From: Podarcis muralis
Taxonomy: Eukaryota
Reading direction: 5' to 3'
Assembly (NCBI RefSeq): GCF_964188315.1
Contig: NC_135659.1
Coordinates: 49,476,001-49,540,000, forward strand
Length of the DNA: 64,000 nucleotides
Shown: piece by piece, positions 1 through 14,000 of the stretch
Position numbering within the stretch: position 1 is the first letter of the stretch
How the letters are laid out: the number at the start of each line of letters is the position of its first letter
The notes under the pieces: generated by a model
What the model saw: only the letters and a program-made list of their open reading frames with translations
Databases searched by the model: none
Told to the model about the DNA's origin: nothing
Position numbers and translations under genes: made by a program

Positions 1-727
1 TGTTAAGAGACAGACTTTGGATACTGCTGCAAACATCATCATGCCCAGTCCATGCTAATCCTAACAATTTGGGCACCAAGATCCTGGGTTCAAAAGCCCA
101 AACCAGCCTGCATGGCCTGACAGACCCACTCTCAAGCTAGTATTGGAAGAACGTGGGAGATACTCTGGTGACTTTTAAAAGTAGGGTTTCATTTTGAAAT
201 GGTTACAGGACAGGATTATGCAGTAAAAATCCACTTATCCTAATACTCTTTAAAAAAACAACTATTGAACAGACCAGTAACTTGTAACTGCTGCCTCCTG
301 CCTTGTTTTTGCTGAATTAGCAGCACCAAAGTGACCTATCTGGGGTCAAGCCTAGACAGTGTCACGGAGGCCCTGGGCTGCCCAGAAGACAAGACCCCCC
401 TCTCAGCCTCACTGATGTGGTCCAAAGGAAAGGAAAGCAATACACTGGGCACCAGCTTAGCTGCAGGAATTGCCAGAATGAGGCGCACAAGATGCTGTCC
501 ATCTTAGGGACTCAGCATTAGCTCAGTGCAGCAGTACCTGCTGTGCCCCCAGAAGGTCCCAGGTTTTATTTGAACCACACAAAGTGGACACGATCACAAG
601 CAAACCTGACTGGAGTGCTCTCAGGTAGACATGATCACAGCCATTAAAAGTGTTGTTTGAGAAAGATCTCATTTTCAGAAGAGGCCTCCATCTCTTTCCC
701 CTGCACCCCACCCCAATTAAAAGTTAC

Positions 728-937
728 CTTCTGTTTAAATTTCCAAATCATTTTTTCCATTTGTTCCAAGCTGTCGTCTCGCCATTGCCTGGCCTCTTCC
801 ATCTTCTGCAGGATCCTCTTGCGGGCCACCCATTTCCAAACCACAACCGCTGCTGCCGAGCCACAGGCAACAGCAAGAGCAGCCTGAGGATAAATTCCAT
901 CCCTGGGCAGGATCTCTATCAACTTCTCCTGGATCAT
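728..937 (-). CDS. First coding exon (70 aa) of a second FAAH-like / vitamin D3 hydroxylase-associated protein (VDHAP)-like amidase; the gene continues beyond the left edge of the window
   Basis: GCC-ATG at 937 reads MIQEKLIEILPRDGIYPQAALAVACGSAAAVVVWKWVARKRILQKMEEARQWRDDSLEQMEKMIWKFKQK, followed by donor AAG|GTAACT at 727. It has a hydrophobic anchor, a basic stretch and a phase-0 boundary at KFKQx, the same as FAAH exon 1 at 20558 (KFKEQ|GT). No exon 2 was found in 1-727. Confidence 0.85.
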
Positions 938-999
938 GGCAAAGCCCTTCTCTCTGTCTTCCCAGCTTGCCCCTCTCTGATACTGGAGGAGGCTGGTGC

Positions 1000-1108
1000 T
1001 ATTTAAGTATCAGTTCCTGAGCTATTTCACACTCCAAGAGACCATCAACATAGGGGCTCCCAAGATAAGACTCCGCCCAAGGCATCCCAGAAAATTGACC
1101 TTTGATCT
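1000..1108 (-). promoter_or_regulatory. Putative proximal promoter of the FAAH-like paralog
   Basis: TATA-like TTAAATA (minus strand, 1000-1006), GATA site AGATAA (1063-1068), GC box CTCCGCCC (1071-1078) and DR1 element TGACCT-T-TGATCT (1096-1108), all within about 170 bp of the ATG. Motif matches only. Confidence 0.5.
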
Positions 1109-1997
1109 GTTAAAACAGTAACTCAAGGTTGTTTTCCTGCTGGAGTCGACAAAAGCGTCCTTACAATTCTGAGCAGTCTCTTTCACATTAGATGTAACAA
1201 GCAACGACACCATTGCTCACTTCTTTTTTTAGGAGCAAAATAGTCATTATGATGACAACTTATTCCTTGTAAATAGAGCCTGTACATTACAAGGATCAGG
1301 TACATAATTTTCCTCCCCTCAGTGGAAACCAAGCCATCTCGTATATGCATGAAAGCACACACAAATAATTGGCCTGACCTTTAGAAGCCTGAAGAAAATG
1401 GCTGGGAGATGGACAGACTTTGGTCTGTCTTAGCAAAGAGTAACAGTTACTCATTTCCAAACTTAAACTCATTTGCAGTTTATAAAATACTAACCTATGC
1501 TGCTGAGGAACTTACTATTGCATTTTCAACGAGCTCTTCTCCAATACCCACCACACAGCACAGAGGGTGAACCAAGTTCTCACACACTTTGCTCATAGTT
1601 AGCAAGCTATAAGCTCCCTGCCTCCCCACTGGGTTGTGTGTGGCTATCTCCAAAGTATTGGCTAGTAGATTGCAAGAAACCTTCAAATGGAAGAATTCAC
1701 AGAAACACAATGTAGTCTCTACCATGGTGCAACAATGGGGCCCTCCGAACTGTGTCACAGTTTACAGATGTTAGGTTGGCAGTGGGAGTCTAGAAGAGGG
1801 CATTTCCCATTGTGCCTCTCCCCACTTTTCTTGCTCTGCTTTTGTCAGCAGTTAACTCTGGCTTTCTGGCTGCTCTGGTTTCACTGACAATTGTGGTTTT
1901 CTAGTTTGAACCATTTTGTTAATTTGGTAAAAAACGAAAAACTGCATTGTTGCAGCAAGCCCACAAATGACCACCAGACACAAAAGCACCTCAGTTA

Positions 1998-2003
1998 TTT
2001 AAT
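1998..2003 (-). terminator. Candidate polyadenylation signal (ATTAAA) for FAAH
   Basis: The plus strand reads TTTAAT, about 90 nt downstream of the FAAH stop codon. Confidence 0.35.
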
Positions 2004-2094
2004 AAAAATAGGCACAGACAAGTCCATGGTTATTATGGGCCTTCCCAGGCGCAGGCCGCAGCTTCCCATCATATCAGTTTCTGCAATATGTCAT

Positions 2095-5000
2095 TCAATT
2101 CTTGTTTGATTTCTCCTGGGTCAGTTTCTCCACTTCCTTCATGAACCGGAGGCACAGCTCATCTTGCCATGGTAAAGCTATACACTGGACAGCCACAGGG
2201 AGTCCCACAGCCCCTTGGATTGCCTGCAGGGACAGAACAAGGCGATAAGGTTTTTTTCCTACCAAATAATGGCTTCTGATGCCCACTACAAAGCAGTTGC
2301 TTCCAAACACAACATGGTGACAAACCTTCGCAAAGACCTTGTCCCACATATCATTAAAGTGCCCTCTGAAACTCTTCAGCTCCTCCTCATCCTCCTCTGT
2401 CACCGACGTGACAGGCACAACCCCAGCGGGGAAGTCCAAGTAGTTATACAAGATGGTGTAACTGGCTCCCACTGCAGAGACAAAAGGACAGGTTAAAACT
2501 TTTAAGTATAGATAAGGGCACCTGGTCAAATCTCTTTGGCACTTCATCTAATCCCCCTACAGCAGAAAGTGCTTTACGATTCACCACTACGAGTCCTACG
2601 TGACAGATTCTCCTCCTCCTCCTTTTACTGGTGAGAAGACCAACTGGAGAAATCAAGACTTCTCTCAAGCAATAAAACATGGGCCACTTCATACAGGGAC
2701 TTCTCCATGCCAGTGACCCTCAATAAGAGACGGCAACGTCTTTCTGGAGACTTCCCATGGGATCAGATTGGCCCATACATAGTAAGGCCCTGACAAATGT
2801 TACAGGGGAAGCACCCACTGAACACATGAGGGGTTATAATCAATGCAGCACTAAGCAACCGTTCCATCAGCACAAGGGTTCCTCCTTGTGCAACATAATA
2901 TTCTCATTCTTTCTCTTCCTCCTTCCCCCAGATCTGTCCTACGTGTTTCCCCAACCCTCCAGAGCATATTTCAGGAAGGTGCATGGAGCAAGAAGGGTGA
3001 GAAGTCCCATTGCACCAGTGGTCATCCTCGTGCTAATGCAACAAGTTTGTTGAACACCACCAAAGCTGAATTACACTAGCACTGCCACCATGCAACTGAG
3101 ACAGGTGTTTGACAAGAACATGGGCCACTACTGCAAACTCTCATCAACACAATTACTCCAGCACACAAGTACACTTGCTCTCACAAAAGGGGCATAGATT
3201 CGCAATTATTCTAAAGCCAGAGCTAGCATGGGAAAAACCCTCCCACCCATCCAAGCCCAGCTGCAGCCCTTGTGACAAGTTGCTGTGAACCCATGGGCTT
3301 TCAGATGCTGCTGGATTCCAACTCCCATCAGCCCCAATCAGCATGGTCAGGGATAATGGGAGTTGTAGTCCTACATCTGGAGGGGCACAGCTACCCCACC
3401 CTGCCTTAAAGCATGCTGCTACACAATGTCTTATTAGCACAGCTGACTTGGCCTGGATCATCTTATTGCATTTTTACATTTATATCTGGAGATGGAGCAA
3501 CATCAGATGCACTCATAGCAAAGGGCTTGGTAAGGCCACTTCCGCCATAAGAGGAGGTGGTGTTACGGGTTCTCATAACCCCTCCCCGTGTGCAGAGGGT
3601 GGGTGGCCAGTGATTGGGGTTTCCCGGCTGTGTCAATGGCCGGGCCAGCCAATCCAGTCAGTCAAGGGGTGTTGCCTGCCCGTTAAAGGCAGGGCGCAGC
3701 CGGGAGATCTCTCTCTTTTGGCTTCCAGTGCTGCATCCTGGCAACTATCCAATTGTTTTGACTGCTCCTCAGTCACTGATGTAAGGCCCAGCTGAGCCTT
3801 GGGCTACTTTAAAAGAAAGGCAAAGGACAACTGTTCTTGGGTCTGGTGACTATCAAGTTTCAGTCAAGGAGTGGTTAAAGAAAACTGCTTACAACCAAAA
3901 CTGGAGCAAAGAACCATTTCCCAAGGCTGCATGACAAAAGCCCCTCTTCAGGCATCCTACCTTAGGGTTCAGTCAACAGGTGAGGGAGGACAGCAGCAAT
4001 GACCAGGTTAGCTATGCTCACCTCTGCCTGGTTGCTGTTCCAGTCACCTGCCATGCATTGGAAGCCAAACTTCAGAAGCAGTGAGCCTCCTGTACTCAGA
4101 TAGGCTCTCTGCGGTTTTTTAGAAGCTTTGACAAGGCGGCTCTCCACTTTGGAAGTTCACTCTCCAAGCTTCTGGAGGGGGGCAGAGCTAATGGCCTCCC
4201 TTGAGTGTTTGCTTAACCACTAATGTAGAATGCTTGAAGACAACCAGAGAGATATTTGCTCTCCATTATGTTTTGTTTGCAATTCCCTACTCAGCAGTGA
4301 CTTAGAGAAGAAGTACTAATACACTGAATGTATTTCCTATCAGGGTTTTTTATTATTATTGCATTGCTCTCTTGTACATTCAGTTAGAAGTACAGAAGTA
4401 CCATCAACCTCCTCCTCAGGTTGAGAAGATCTTCTGCCAAGAACATGAATGCCACTACACATCACCCAAGCATATGTGCCTTTTAAGTAGGAATCTATTG
4501 CTGCTAAGCCACACTGACTCATAAAAGGTGGTTAGGTTGTGCAACAAGATATACTGTACATCCAGCCCCCAGAGTATTGTCTGGACAATAAAGAGGCTTC
4601 TGTAAACACAAAGGTTGACCATTCTTGGCTTAGAGCATCAGAATCCAGTGCAAGTTGCAGTATACATGAAAGTACTCCAACAGTGCCCTCTGGAGACTTC
4701 ATTTCCCATGCAATGTGGAATTACCTGACAGTCTCCCAGGTAACCCAATCTTAAAAGCAGGACCCAGGACAGGACAAAGCACCACATCTAGATCTAGCCT
4801 CCTCCATTCACCAATGAATTCCTGGCAGTATTCCTAAGAGGGGAGAATAGTTTAAACAAAAAACAGCAACAGCAGCAACAGCAACAGGCATACTTCAGCA
4901 TGAGTGGCTGCCCATGACTGGCAGCAAACAAGAATCTAACCGGAAGAACTAAGCATGGCCCCACCCCCAAAATTCCTGTTAAGTGAATGGCAGGATCCAA

Positions 5001-8000
5001 GCATCAAATCAAGCATGAGCATAATGACATTCTCTCCAAGGCAGCAGAAATGGGGATGTTGGGGAGAGGAGAGTACCCTGGAGTCGCACAGAGTTTGAAG
5101 CAGGAATCAACTGCTTTGGGCTCGCTTGTGATAAAAAGCAGCAATCAAAAGCCTTACTTAAATAAAGTCCCTTTAAAGTTGCATGTTTCTAAAATCCTCT
5201 GCAACTGTCACTTCTGCTGCAGCCACATGGAGAGATGACATTTTAAGGGGGGCTTGGAAAGCAGCGGCAATTTCTGATAAGGAATCATCAGCAAGCCATT
5301 TTGTTAGTGCCCTTGCAGCTTGAGTCCTCTTCAAGGACACAGTTCAGAACTCTGGAGAGCAGCCAAGACCTGCCATATTGGGGTCAGCCTCCATAGGTCC
5401 TCTCCACCCAATTTCTTCTCTACCAGATGTGGCCACAGGAGCAAAATATGCAGTCCCTCTTCTCTGCACATGTTCACATTTGGATGTAAGAACATAGGAC
5501 GGTGCCTTAGATTAAGTCAAGCATCTGGTCTCACCCAGCAGTGACTCCCTGGGGCGTCAGACGGGTGTTTTCTCTCAGCCCTACCTGCAGAAGTCAGGGA
5601 TTGAGTGTGTATTCTGTTAGAGCTTTAGAACTTTTAAAGCTCTGGGGTGGACCAAGATGATATAGAGCAATTCAGATGCCAAAGTGACCAAATGAAGTTC
5701 ATGACTAATAATACACTGCAGTTGTAATTTTCAGTTATCTCCAAGGATGTTCTTTGCATGACAGACACTCCAGTATTGTCTTTTAACACTGATTTCAATG
5801 TACAGCATTATTTAAAATGGAAGGAAGATTTTGTATAAAGCTATGTCAGAACTAGACCTCACTTGGGTACATTACTGGGGGAAACAGCTGCAGAAGGCTA
5901 TGTGAGTAAGCCTAGAAACTTGGCTGGATTTTCATATTACAATCTGAAATAAAACAGATATTGTAATATTTCTTATAGGATGGAAGATTTTGGTCCAAGG
6001 CTGACAAAGGTTATAATAGCCTTTCCCATAAACTTCTTGGGACATTTATGGAGCTTGAAATACTCTTAACAACAACAAAAACCCTAAAAGGAAATTACCT
6101 CAATTTCCGTGTGAAGTTCCCAAAGCTCTTTCACAGACCTGAAAATTCAAAAAGAAGCTGCAGGTGAATGAGAAATTGGTGAATTCAGCCTTTATGTTCA
6201 TCGTTTGTACCAAGATGGTGCCTTCCAGGTGTGGCAGACTACAGCTCCCATCAGCATGGCCAAAGGTGATGATGGGGTTGTAATCCACCACATGAGCTAG
6301 TCACGGCCTATGCTACAGGCAAAACTACACAATACCCCAACAATATTTGGTTTGCTAAGGTAGCATATATGGGACTGAGGGGGCATTCGTAAGGAAGAAG
6401 GGGTGAATGGTGCAAAACCCCATCCATGCTCATGAATCCACCTGCGCCTCCATCAAACTAAGTCACACATCCACAGTCCAGTGACCAGGGTTGCTTCCCA
6501 TTTTAAAGATTTGCTGAGGAGGAATTAAAAAGTAACCAGGGAGGGTTAAGCACCTTCCTAGGTCCCGCCTCAGTTCCCCCCTAAATGCACCACAAGGGCA
6601 GCAGGGAGTAGCGATTCGAAACTGCATTTCACCCCCTTAATATACTACTGTGCATTTTTAAATTTTAAAAATTAAATTTATTATGCTTTTTTTCAAAAGG
6701 CAGCCATTGTACATTTTAAATTTTGACTGCATTTTTCCAGAAAAGCTAAAGGAACTACTTTTCAGTAGGCATGTACAGAATTGCACTGCTAAGACTCCTG
6801 CACCAGAACTCAGTGAGGCCATATGGAAAGCCAACCCCAATCTGCTTTGATCTATGCTGAAATTTGCAAGCACTGGAAACTAGCCATCACCTGGACCTTC
6901 ACAGAAGTTACTTAGATCAGGTAGTGTGTGGGGAGGGGGGAGAAATCAGTGAATGCTCCTCCCAGCCATTCCACCCTCAATGACATCTCCTGACTCTTTG
7001 CTCCCAGGTTGTGTGGCAGACCAGGTGACCTGCCTGCCACAGCAGGCAGGGAAAGTTGAGAACCAAGTTCAAGGAGGAAACAAGCGGGAATCGTTGCCGT
7101 TCTCGTCTTTCCACTGCAGTTGGGGGTTCAAATGGGACACGAACAACATAGCTGCTAGCAATGCTAGCATATGAAAGCTGTGGGCCCACCACACCCCCAT
7201 CCTGAAGCCTTACCTCTCATTTATGCTTGTCAGCATTTTGGAAATACGAAGACTCTAAGGAAACAAAGAAAGGACTGATAGGCTTTGAGCTGAAAATGCC
7301 CATTACATAAACACATTATGCTCAAACAGAAGTGTACCTTCCATTTAGGAGGTATAACATTCTTTTTTATTATTAAGTAAATAAATCATCCTTCACTAGT
7401 GGGTCCCAGGGTGGGTTACATGAATTAAAAATGTTAAAAACTGTTTTTTTTATTAAAAAAACCCCCACAGTCACAGGAATAGAGTGGATCCTGAAAGCAC
7501 ACAAAGTCAAAGGTAAAGAAGTGTGTCTTCAGCATTCCATTGCACTGAAATGCAGTGCTAATCAGAACTGTTGCCCATTCACCAGGACTAAAAAAATCCC
7601 TTCTCAAAAAGTACCAACAGCCATAGGCTGCCTTCTTCAGCAAATCAAGACAGGAGCTAGAGAAGGGGATCTTACTATTGGCTTGACAATGCAGGCTAGG
7701 AGGCTTCGAAACCAATTTGGCAACTTTGCTAGAAGCACCAATTCCTTTGCTTTGGGATCCGCAGACTCCCCTTTGCTGAAAGGCAACCAAGACAATTAGG
7801 TTACACAACCCTGAGTGAATTTTATGTTATCCAAACCTTCAGCCATTTCAGCTCCATAGAACCATCAGCCATGGCTACTGATGTTCAGAACGGAACACTG
7901 ATCGCTTAACAAAAAGATCCCTTCTTGTCTGCCACGCAGAGGCATTCACTGTAGGTTATATGTTGCATATAGAGTATGTGACCATTCCAAAATGTTTTCA

Positions 8001-11000
8001 GTGGTCCTTAGTGTTTTTGTTTTACAGTGGTACCTCTGTTTTTGAATGTAATCTGTTCCAGAAGATCGTTCGGCTTCCAAAACATTCAAAAACTGAGGCA
8101 CAAAGGGCCGTCTGCAATTTCCATTGAGAAAATTGAAAAACACGTAGCAGAAGCTGTTTGACTTCCAAGGTGCATTCGAAAACGGAAGCCATGACTTCTG
8201 GGTTTCCGGCATTCGAAAACCGAAATGTTCGGCTTCCGAGGCGCTTGAAAACTGAGGTACCACTGTATTTCTGATCACACTGTTCTGCTGCCCTCCTGTT
8301 TGCCATCCTGACTCTTGGGAGAGAAAGGACAGAATAGAAATTAAAATGCTGCACAATAACATAAAAAAAAATACTTTTATTTGCATCAGGTAAAAATCCT
8401 GATGGTTTCCTTTTTTTTTCTTTTTTTACTATGTTTTGCTATGTTTTATATATACTGTAAGCTGACCAGAGTGGCTGGGAAAACATATCCAGATGGGCTG
8501 GGTATAAATATTATTATTATTATTATTTATTATTATTATTATTATTATTCCCCTTGTCCACCATGCAGCAGAAACAACTCTGAAACACAGCAAGATAAAG
8601 AGAACAGAAAGGAAAGAAGAAGCAGTGACCTCACCAAGAAAGGTATGAGCGAGATGCTTAGCTAAGTAACCAATGTGAAAAATGGAGGCAGGATCTTGCT
8701 GATGAGTACACGATGGTGAAAGCCTTTGCACCCAAAGTAAGGTAAGTAACCAATCTTCTTCTTCTTCTTCTTGGGGTTTAATGGTGTGGGTGCATATACA
8801 CATGCCAGCATTTATACATACAGGAATACTTACAAGCCTTCTAAAAAAGTGGCACCGCCATCAGCAAACAAGCCCTTGGCAGAAATGCTACACATGAAAT
8901 CATCTGTGCGGCAGGGCTTAAAGGGGACCAGCTAGAAAAGGAAAGCGAGAGTGCAGGATGAGAATCTTTCTCTCTGTAATGCCATACAAAGGTAAACTTC
9001 TGACTTGCAAAAAAATAAATAAATCACTCATTCATTCTTCATGGAAAGCATTTTGCAAGAACAGCAGCCAACCTTCCTGGCAGTGACAACTACAGCAAGA
9101 TCCAGAGAAGGAGGCAGATGTTGTTTCTTTCAAACAACCCTCAACTGAAGCTATTTCTTGCTACCCAGATTCTGGCATTCTAGAGAAATTGGAGAAGTTT
9201 CAAAATTTTCTCCCCAAATCATGTGGTGAAAAGAAAAGAAGTAAAATATCCATCCCCACTTAAATGAAAGATTTCTATATGCGGCTATGCTTGAGGTTAG
9301 AGCAGTGAGGAATACCGAGTCTAAAGCCAGACACAAATAATCATCATGTATCATCCATGTTCAGGTCTAGGATCAGCAGATAAGCTTAAGAAAATGGGAG
9401 GCATTAAAGTTAGCAGCAAGTCACAACCTCACCTTATCATGGCATACTGGTCATTCTGAGTTCTCATTCTTTAAGATATAAAGCACCACAAAAAAAGGAA
9501 AAAGGAAAGACATTTAAGGACATTTTTCTTCTTCATTAAAATATGACTGACTTTCTACTCCTTTCCTTTCTACTTCTTAGCCACCCCATCTTCTCTTGCC
9601 CAGGACATCAATGGAATTATAGGTGGTGTTGGTGGGGAGGTGGGTGTTTGTGGGTGTGGAGACAGGTACATACCGTGTGGCCAGCCTTTTCCAGAAGTTG
9701 CTTGGTTTCTAGTACAGCCCGTCTCATGGAAGGGCTTGGCATAGTGAAGGAATCTGTGACATAGTAACCTATCCGGAGGGGCTGAGAACTGGAGTACACC
9801 TAGATAAAATGAGCACAAGGTTAAGAAAACAGTTTGGAAATCAAAACATAACATCATCATTTTGGAGTCTTTAAAGACAGATGCACTAGATCAGGCTTTT
9901 AAGTGTCGACATCTTATCCTCCAAAGAATCCTTGGGGCTGTAGTTCGCCAGCCACTAAACTACAATTCCCAGCACCCTTAAACTACAGTTCCCAGGATTC
10001 TTGGGGATGGGGTTGTGCTTCAAATCTATGGTCTGAATGCAGCCCCATTCTCTACTAGTCAATGATATTTCTCAGAATAATCCCATATCCATGCCAAGAG
10101 AAAGCATCTTGAAAATCTGAATTCCCAGTGTACCTTAAGCAATGATTGCACTACATCTGCACAAGTCTACTTTTCACAATAGGTGATGTGCCATTTTCTA
10201 CCCGTTTCTGTAGGGAGGAATGTATCTAAAGAACACCGTTATGCAGTTTATCATGTAAGTAGGACCCTTCAATTTCCCTCACAAGCTTGTGGGAATAGGA
10301 TGAGGACTAGGGAGGCTTCCGGTCTGATCCAGAAGGATTTACATGTTGTTCTTAACCTCTTTCACCCCACAATACCCTTGCCCTCAGCACAGACAGTCAG
10401 GAATACAGGTCCAATGTTCACAGACACCCCACCTCCAGACTAGAATAGACTAATAAACTGCACAATCTGGGATGGCAGCAGAACTTAAAATATGAGCCAG
10501 AGCTGCCTGCTAGATCATACTTTAAAGTGCAAATGCTGTGTGAGGTACTAATATGGAACGCATGCTCCGAGTGTATGAAGAGAGCCTGTTGCATCTCATC
10601 ACAGCACACTCCAGCACACCTGGGATTAGGGTGAAGGTTTCTAGGGCAGAGGATACAACATTCCCCATAGAAATGAGCACCAGAACCTCCATTTTGTGAA
10701 GCTCAAGGTTTGCACTGCAAGGAAAGCACTCTTATTCCTCTCGGACCTTAGTCACCACAGTTCTTTCAAGGTACAAAAGGGGTCCATGCCAACTAGCCTT
10801 GTCTCCTCCCCATGTTCAGCCTAGACATCTGCAGAGAGGCAGCCCTCATGCATATATAAGCTGTGCCCATGAAGGATCACTCCCTGCAAATGTTTGTGCT
10901 GTACACACAGATCCCAGGTTTGGGGCTAGTCATAGAATCATAGCCAGATTGTGTGTCTGTCAGCAGTGACTACTGTATGTTAAACTCTTGAGCATCAGTA

Positions 11001-14000
11001 CATAAGGTGTTGTTTTTTTAATCCCACATATTGGAAGTGGCCCAAAAGGAAGGGCAGAGCAATGTTACTGCTTTCACCATGCATCTGATTATCATAAAAA
11101 GGAGGGTGCCTTTTCCTTCAGCCCTCTCACCTGCTCATTGAAGGGGAGGGGAGGCACTGTAGGATCCAGCCGGAACATTTCATTGCACAAGAGAGCTCTT
11201 AAGCAGAGAGCTAAGCTGTCAACATCTTTCGCCATTGGCCCTATGCCCGCAGTCACTGGAATAAAAAATAAAAGAGAACAACAAGTCTTGACAACAGGAT
11301 CGTCTTTCAAAACAGGGAAAACACTTCTGGGAGCAAAGCATCATGGGGATCAGAGCAGCTCTTTTCACCACAGAAAGCAAGTAAGAAGAAATCAAATTGC
11401 CCTGCTGTCTAACACCCCTTTAGAATCTCTTCACCATTCAATAAACAATGAAAACTGAAGCCTTTAAAAATAACCTGTGATATCTGAAAAGCAAATTAAA
11501 TACTACTGTAAAGGGACTTATGGAAGAAGCTGGTCAGTTATTTATTACAGGAAGGGTGTGGGCTACATGCAGACCTCAACACAGAGACCTTTCTTGCTAA
11601 AATTTCCACATCTGCTGCCACTCAGAAACCTCTTCAATTTTTAAAAAGCTTCTGGTCCTCATGACTGAAGATTTCTACTTCAACGTGACAGCAAAATATC
11701 AACACACATCCCTAACAGCATGTTTTTAGAACTCATTTTGCAATTTTTAAAAGGATGACAAGGTAGAGTGTTGTTGTTTTTTAGAAAAAGTGTATAAAGT
11801 TGGGTTAACCCATTACCATGTAAGAATTCAAAGCTACCACATTTTTGCCACTTGACATCTCACTCTTTCCAAGCAAAAGATAATCACCAACCTGATTTCT
11901 GCCCACGAATACTTGGTATAACTCCTTTTTTGCTGTGAAAAGATCACCAGAGAAGATGTTTCAGCACAGCTTTCAGGGTTGCTGGTTTCCAACACCTAAG
12001 TTTCCACAGTGTTCTAACAGGGAACCTATTCCCAGACCCCAGCAGAGATGCTGCTTCTCACCCCTTTGAGGGTTCTCTCCACTGAAGAAGGGATAAATCT
12101 TAGCCAGCAATCTAGCGCATCCCATTAAAGGAAAATCTCAAAAGGCCTTTTGTCCAAGCAGGGGAAAGTTGAGAGACTGGCAGAGTAAATCCCATTAAGT
12201 TCAATGCAACTTGCTCACAGATAAGAGAGCATAGGATTGCTGCCCATTTCGAACGTGCACATCAGTAAAAAAAAAAAGAAGAAGAAGAAAGAAAGAATTA
12301 ACTCCCCAACAAGTTTAGTGCCTGTGCAAGAACTTAAATTTGTAGCTTTCTGCTCCAAGGGTTAACAGCTTGCCTGATTCTTGGGAGTCTTTTGCCTTTA
12401 TGTGTACAATGAACCTAGACCCTGTGAAGAACAGCCCCTACCAGCCCCCAAGAAAGGCTTTAGTCTATATATATATATATATATAAAGCTTAAATGCTGT
12501 CTTTTAAGGCTGCAAACTTGCACTGTACCTAATTCGGCCACCTGTGGTTTTGAATCCACAAATTCCACAGAAAGCAGCCGGGATACGAATGCTGCCTCCT
12601 ATGTCTGTACCAAAGCCCAGGATGGATCCTCCACTTTTAATAAGAGCACCTTCGCCTCCTGAAGAACCACCTGGACTTTTGGAATGATCCAGAGGATGGA
12701 GCGTCTGGCCAAAGATCAGGTTGCTGCAGTCATAGCTAAAAACACAAGAGAAGGCAGTCAGGTGGTTAAGCCACAGCTAAGTCAAATATTCCTTGCCGCC
12801 CCCTACCCCAGACAGGATCCGTGCCATGGCTGCAGCTCCCTTGCCCAACCCCCTATATAAATATATTTATTTACTTATTTCATAACACTTATGCACCACT
12901 TGATTGGATTAAACCCTCCAAGCGGTTTACAAAAAAAAAAGGATAAACTCATCCATAAGATGAATCAATAACAATCTAAGACTTTCAAAAAGTAAAATAG
13001 CAATAGACTAAAAACAGATTAAAACTTGCATCAACTTTCTAAACATCCAGGTAGGCTTGCCTAAACAAAAATGCTTTTCGCAGGCACCAAAAAGTGTACA
13101 GTGAAGGTGCCTGATTCATATCAATAGGCAGGGAGTTCCAAAGTGTACAGTAGGTGCCGCCACACTAAAAAGTGAGGAAGACCAGGCCAGAAGGTACACA
13201 TACCATCAGCTCCTGATAGAACCAGCAATGGCCTGAGAGGCTTGTCAGGGCACCTGATTCCCACCTTCCCTGGGGCTGCTGAAGACCTGTGTGCACTGAG
13301 GGAAGGCAGAACTGAGGAAGACCAGGCCACGGAGCACACATACCACTGACTCGGGTGGCTCAAGAGGACTCCGCCACTGTACTTTTTATATAATGTAGTA
13401 GTTTTAGTGTTTTAAAATTGTAACCCACCTCAGGTGCCTTGGCAGAAAGGCAGAATTAAAATCCAGTGCATAAAATAAACAAAGCCTGTCATTATGTTCC
13501 AGTCTCAGATATTACCCTGCCCTTTAATCACAAGAATTCATGAGGCACCTAACAAAATATGAGTCAGAACAAACCCTTTTAAACACCAACAAAATGAAAC
13601 AATCAGGAATTGTCTAATGAAGCATGATGCAAGTTACCAATCCTCTCATTACCACAGAGCTGACCATCACAACAATGATGGGTTGAGAGAGAAGGTGGGG
13701 TCATTTACCACTTGACAAGCAGGAAGCAACTATTCCAGAGCTATTCAGAGGCTGATTTCAAGAGAAAACAAAGCTATAGAGAGCTCTGGAAAAGTCTTGT
13801 TGCCTAGCTAACAAAACCACTTGCCACACTCCACTGCAATCACAACAATGCCCAACAGTTTAAATGCTTAACAAACAAAAAAAACCCCACATTTGTGATT
13901 GTTTCTAGAAGGCCCATTTTAAACCCTATGGGTGCAGTTTTGCAGCATTCAGTTCATAACTTCTGTCTGACAGCATTTGTTTCATCTTCTATTTATCTGC

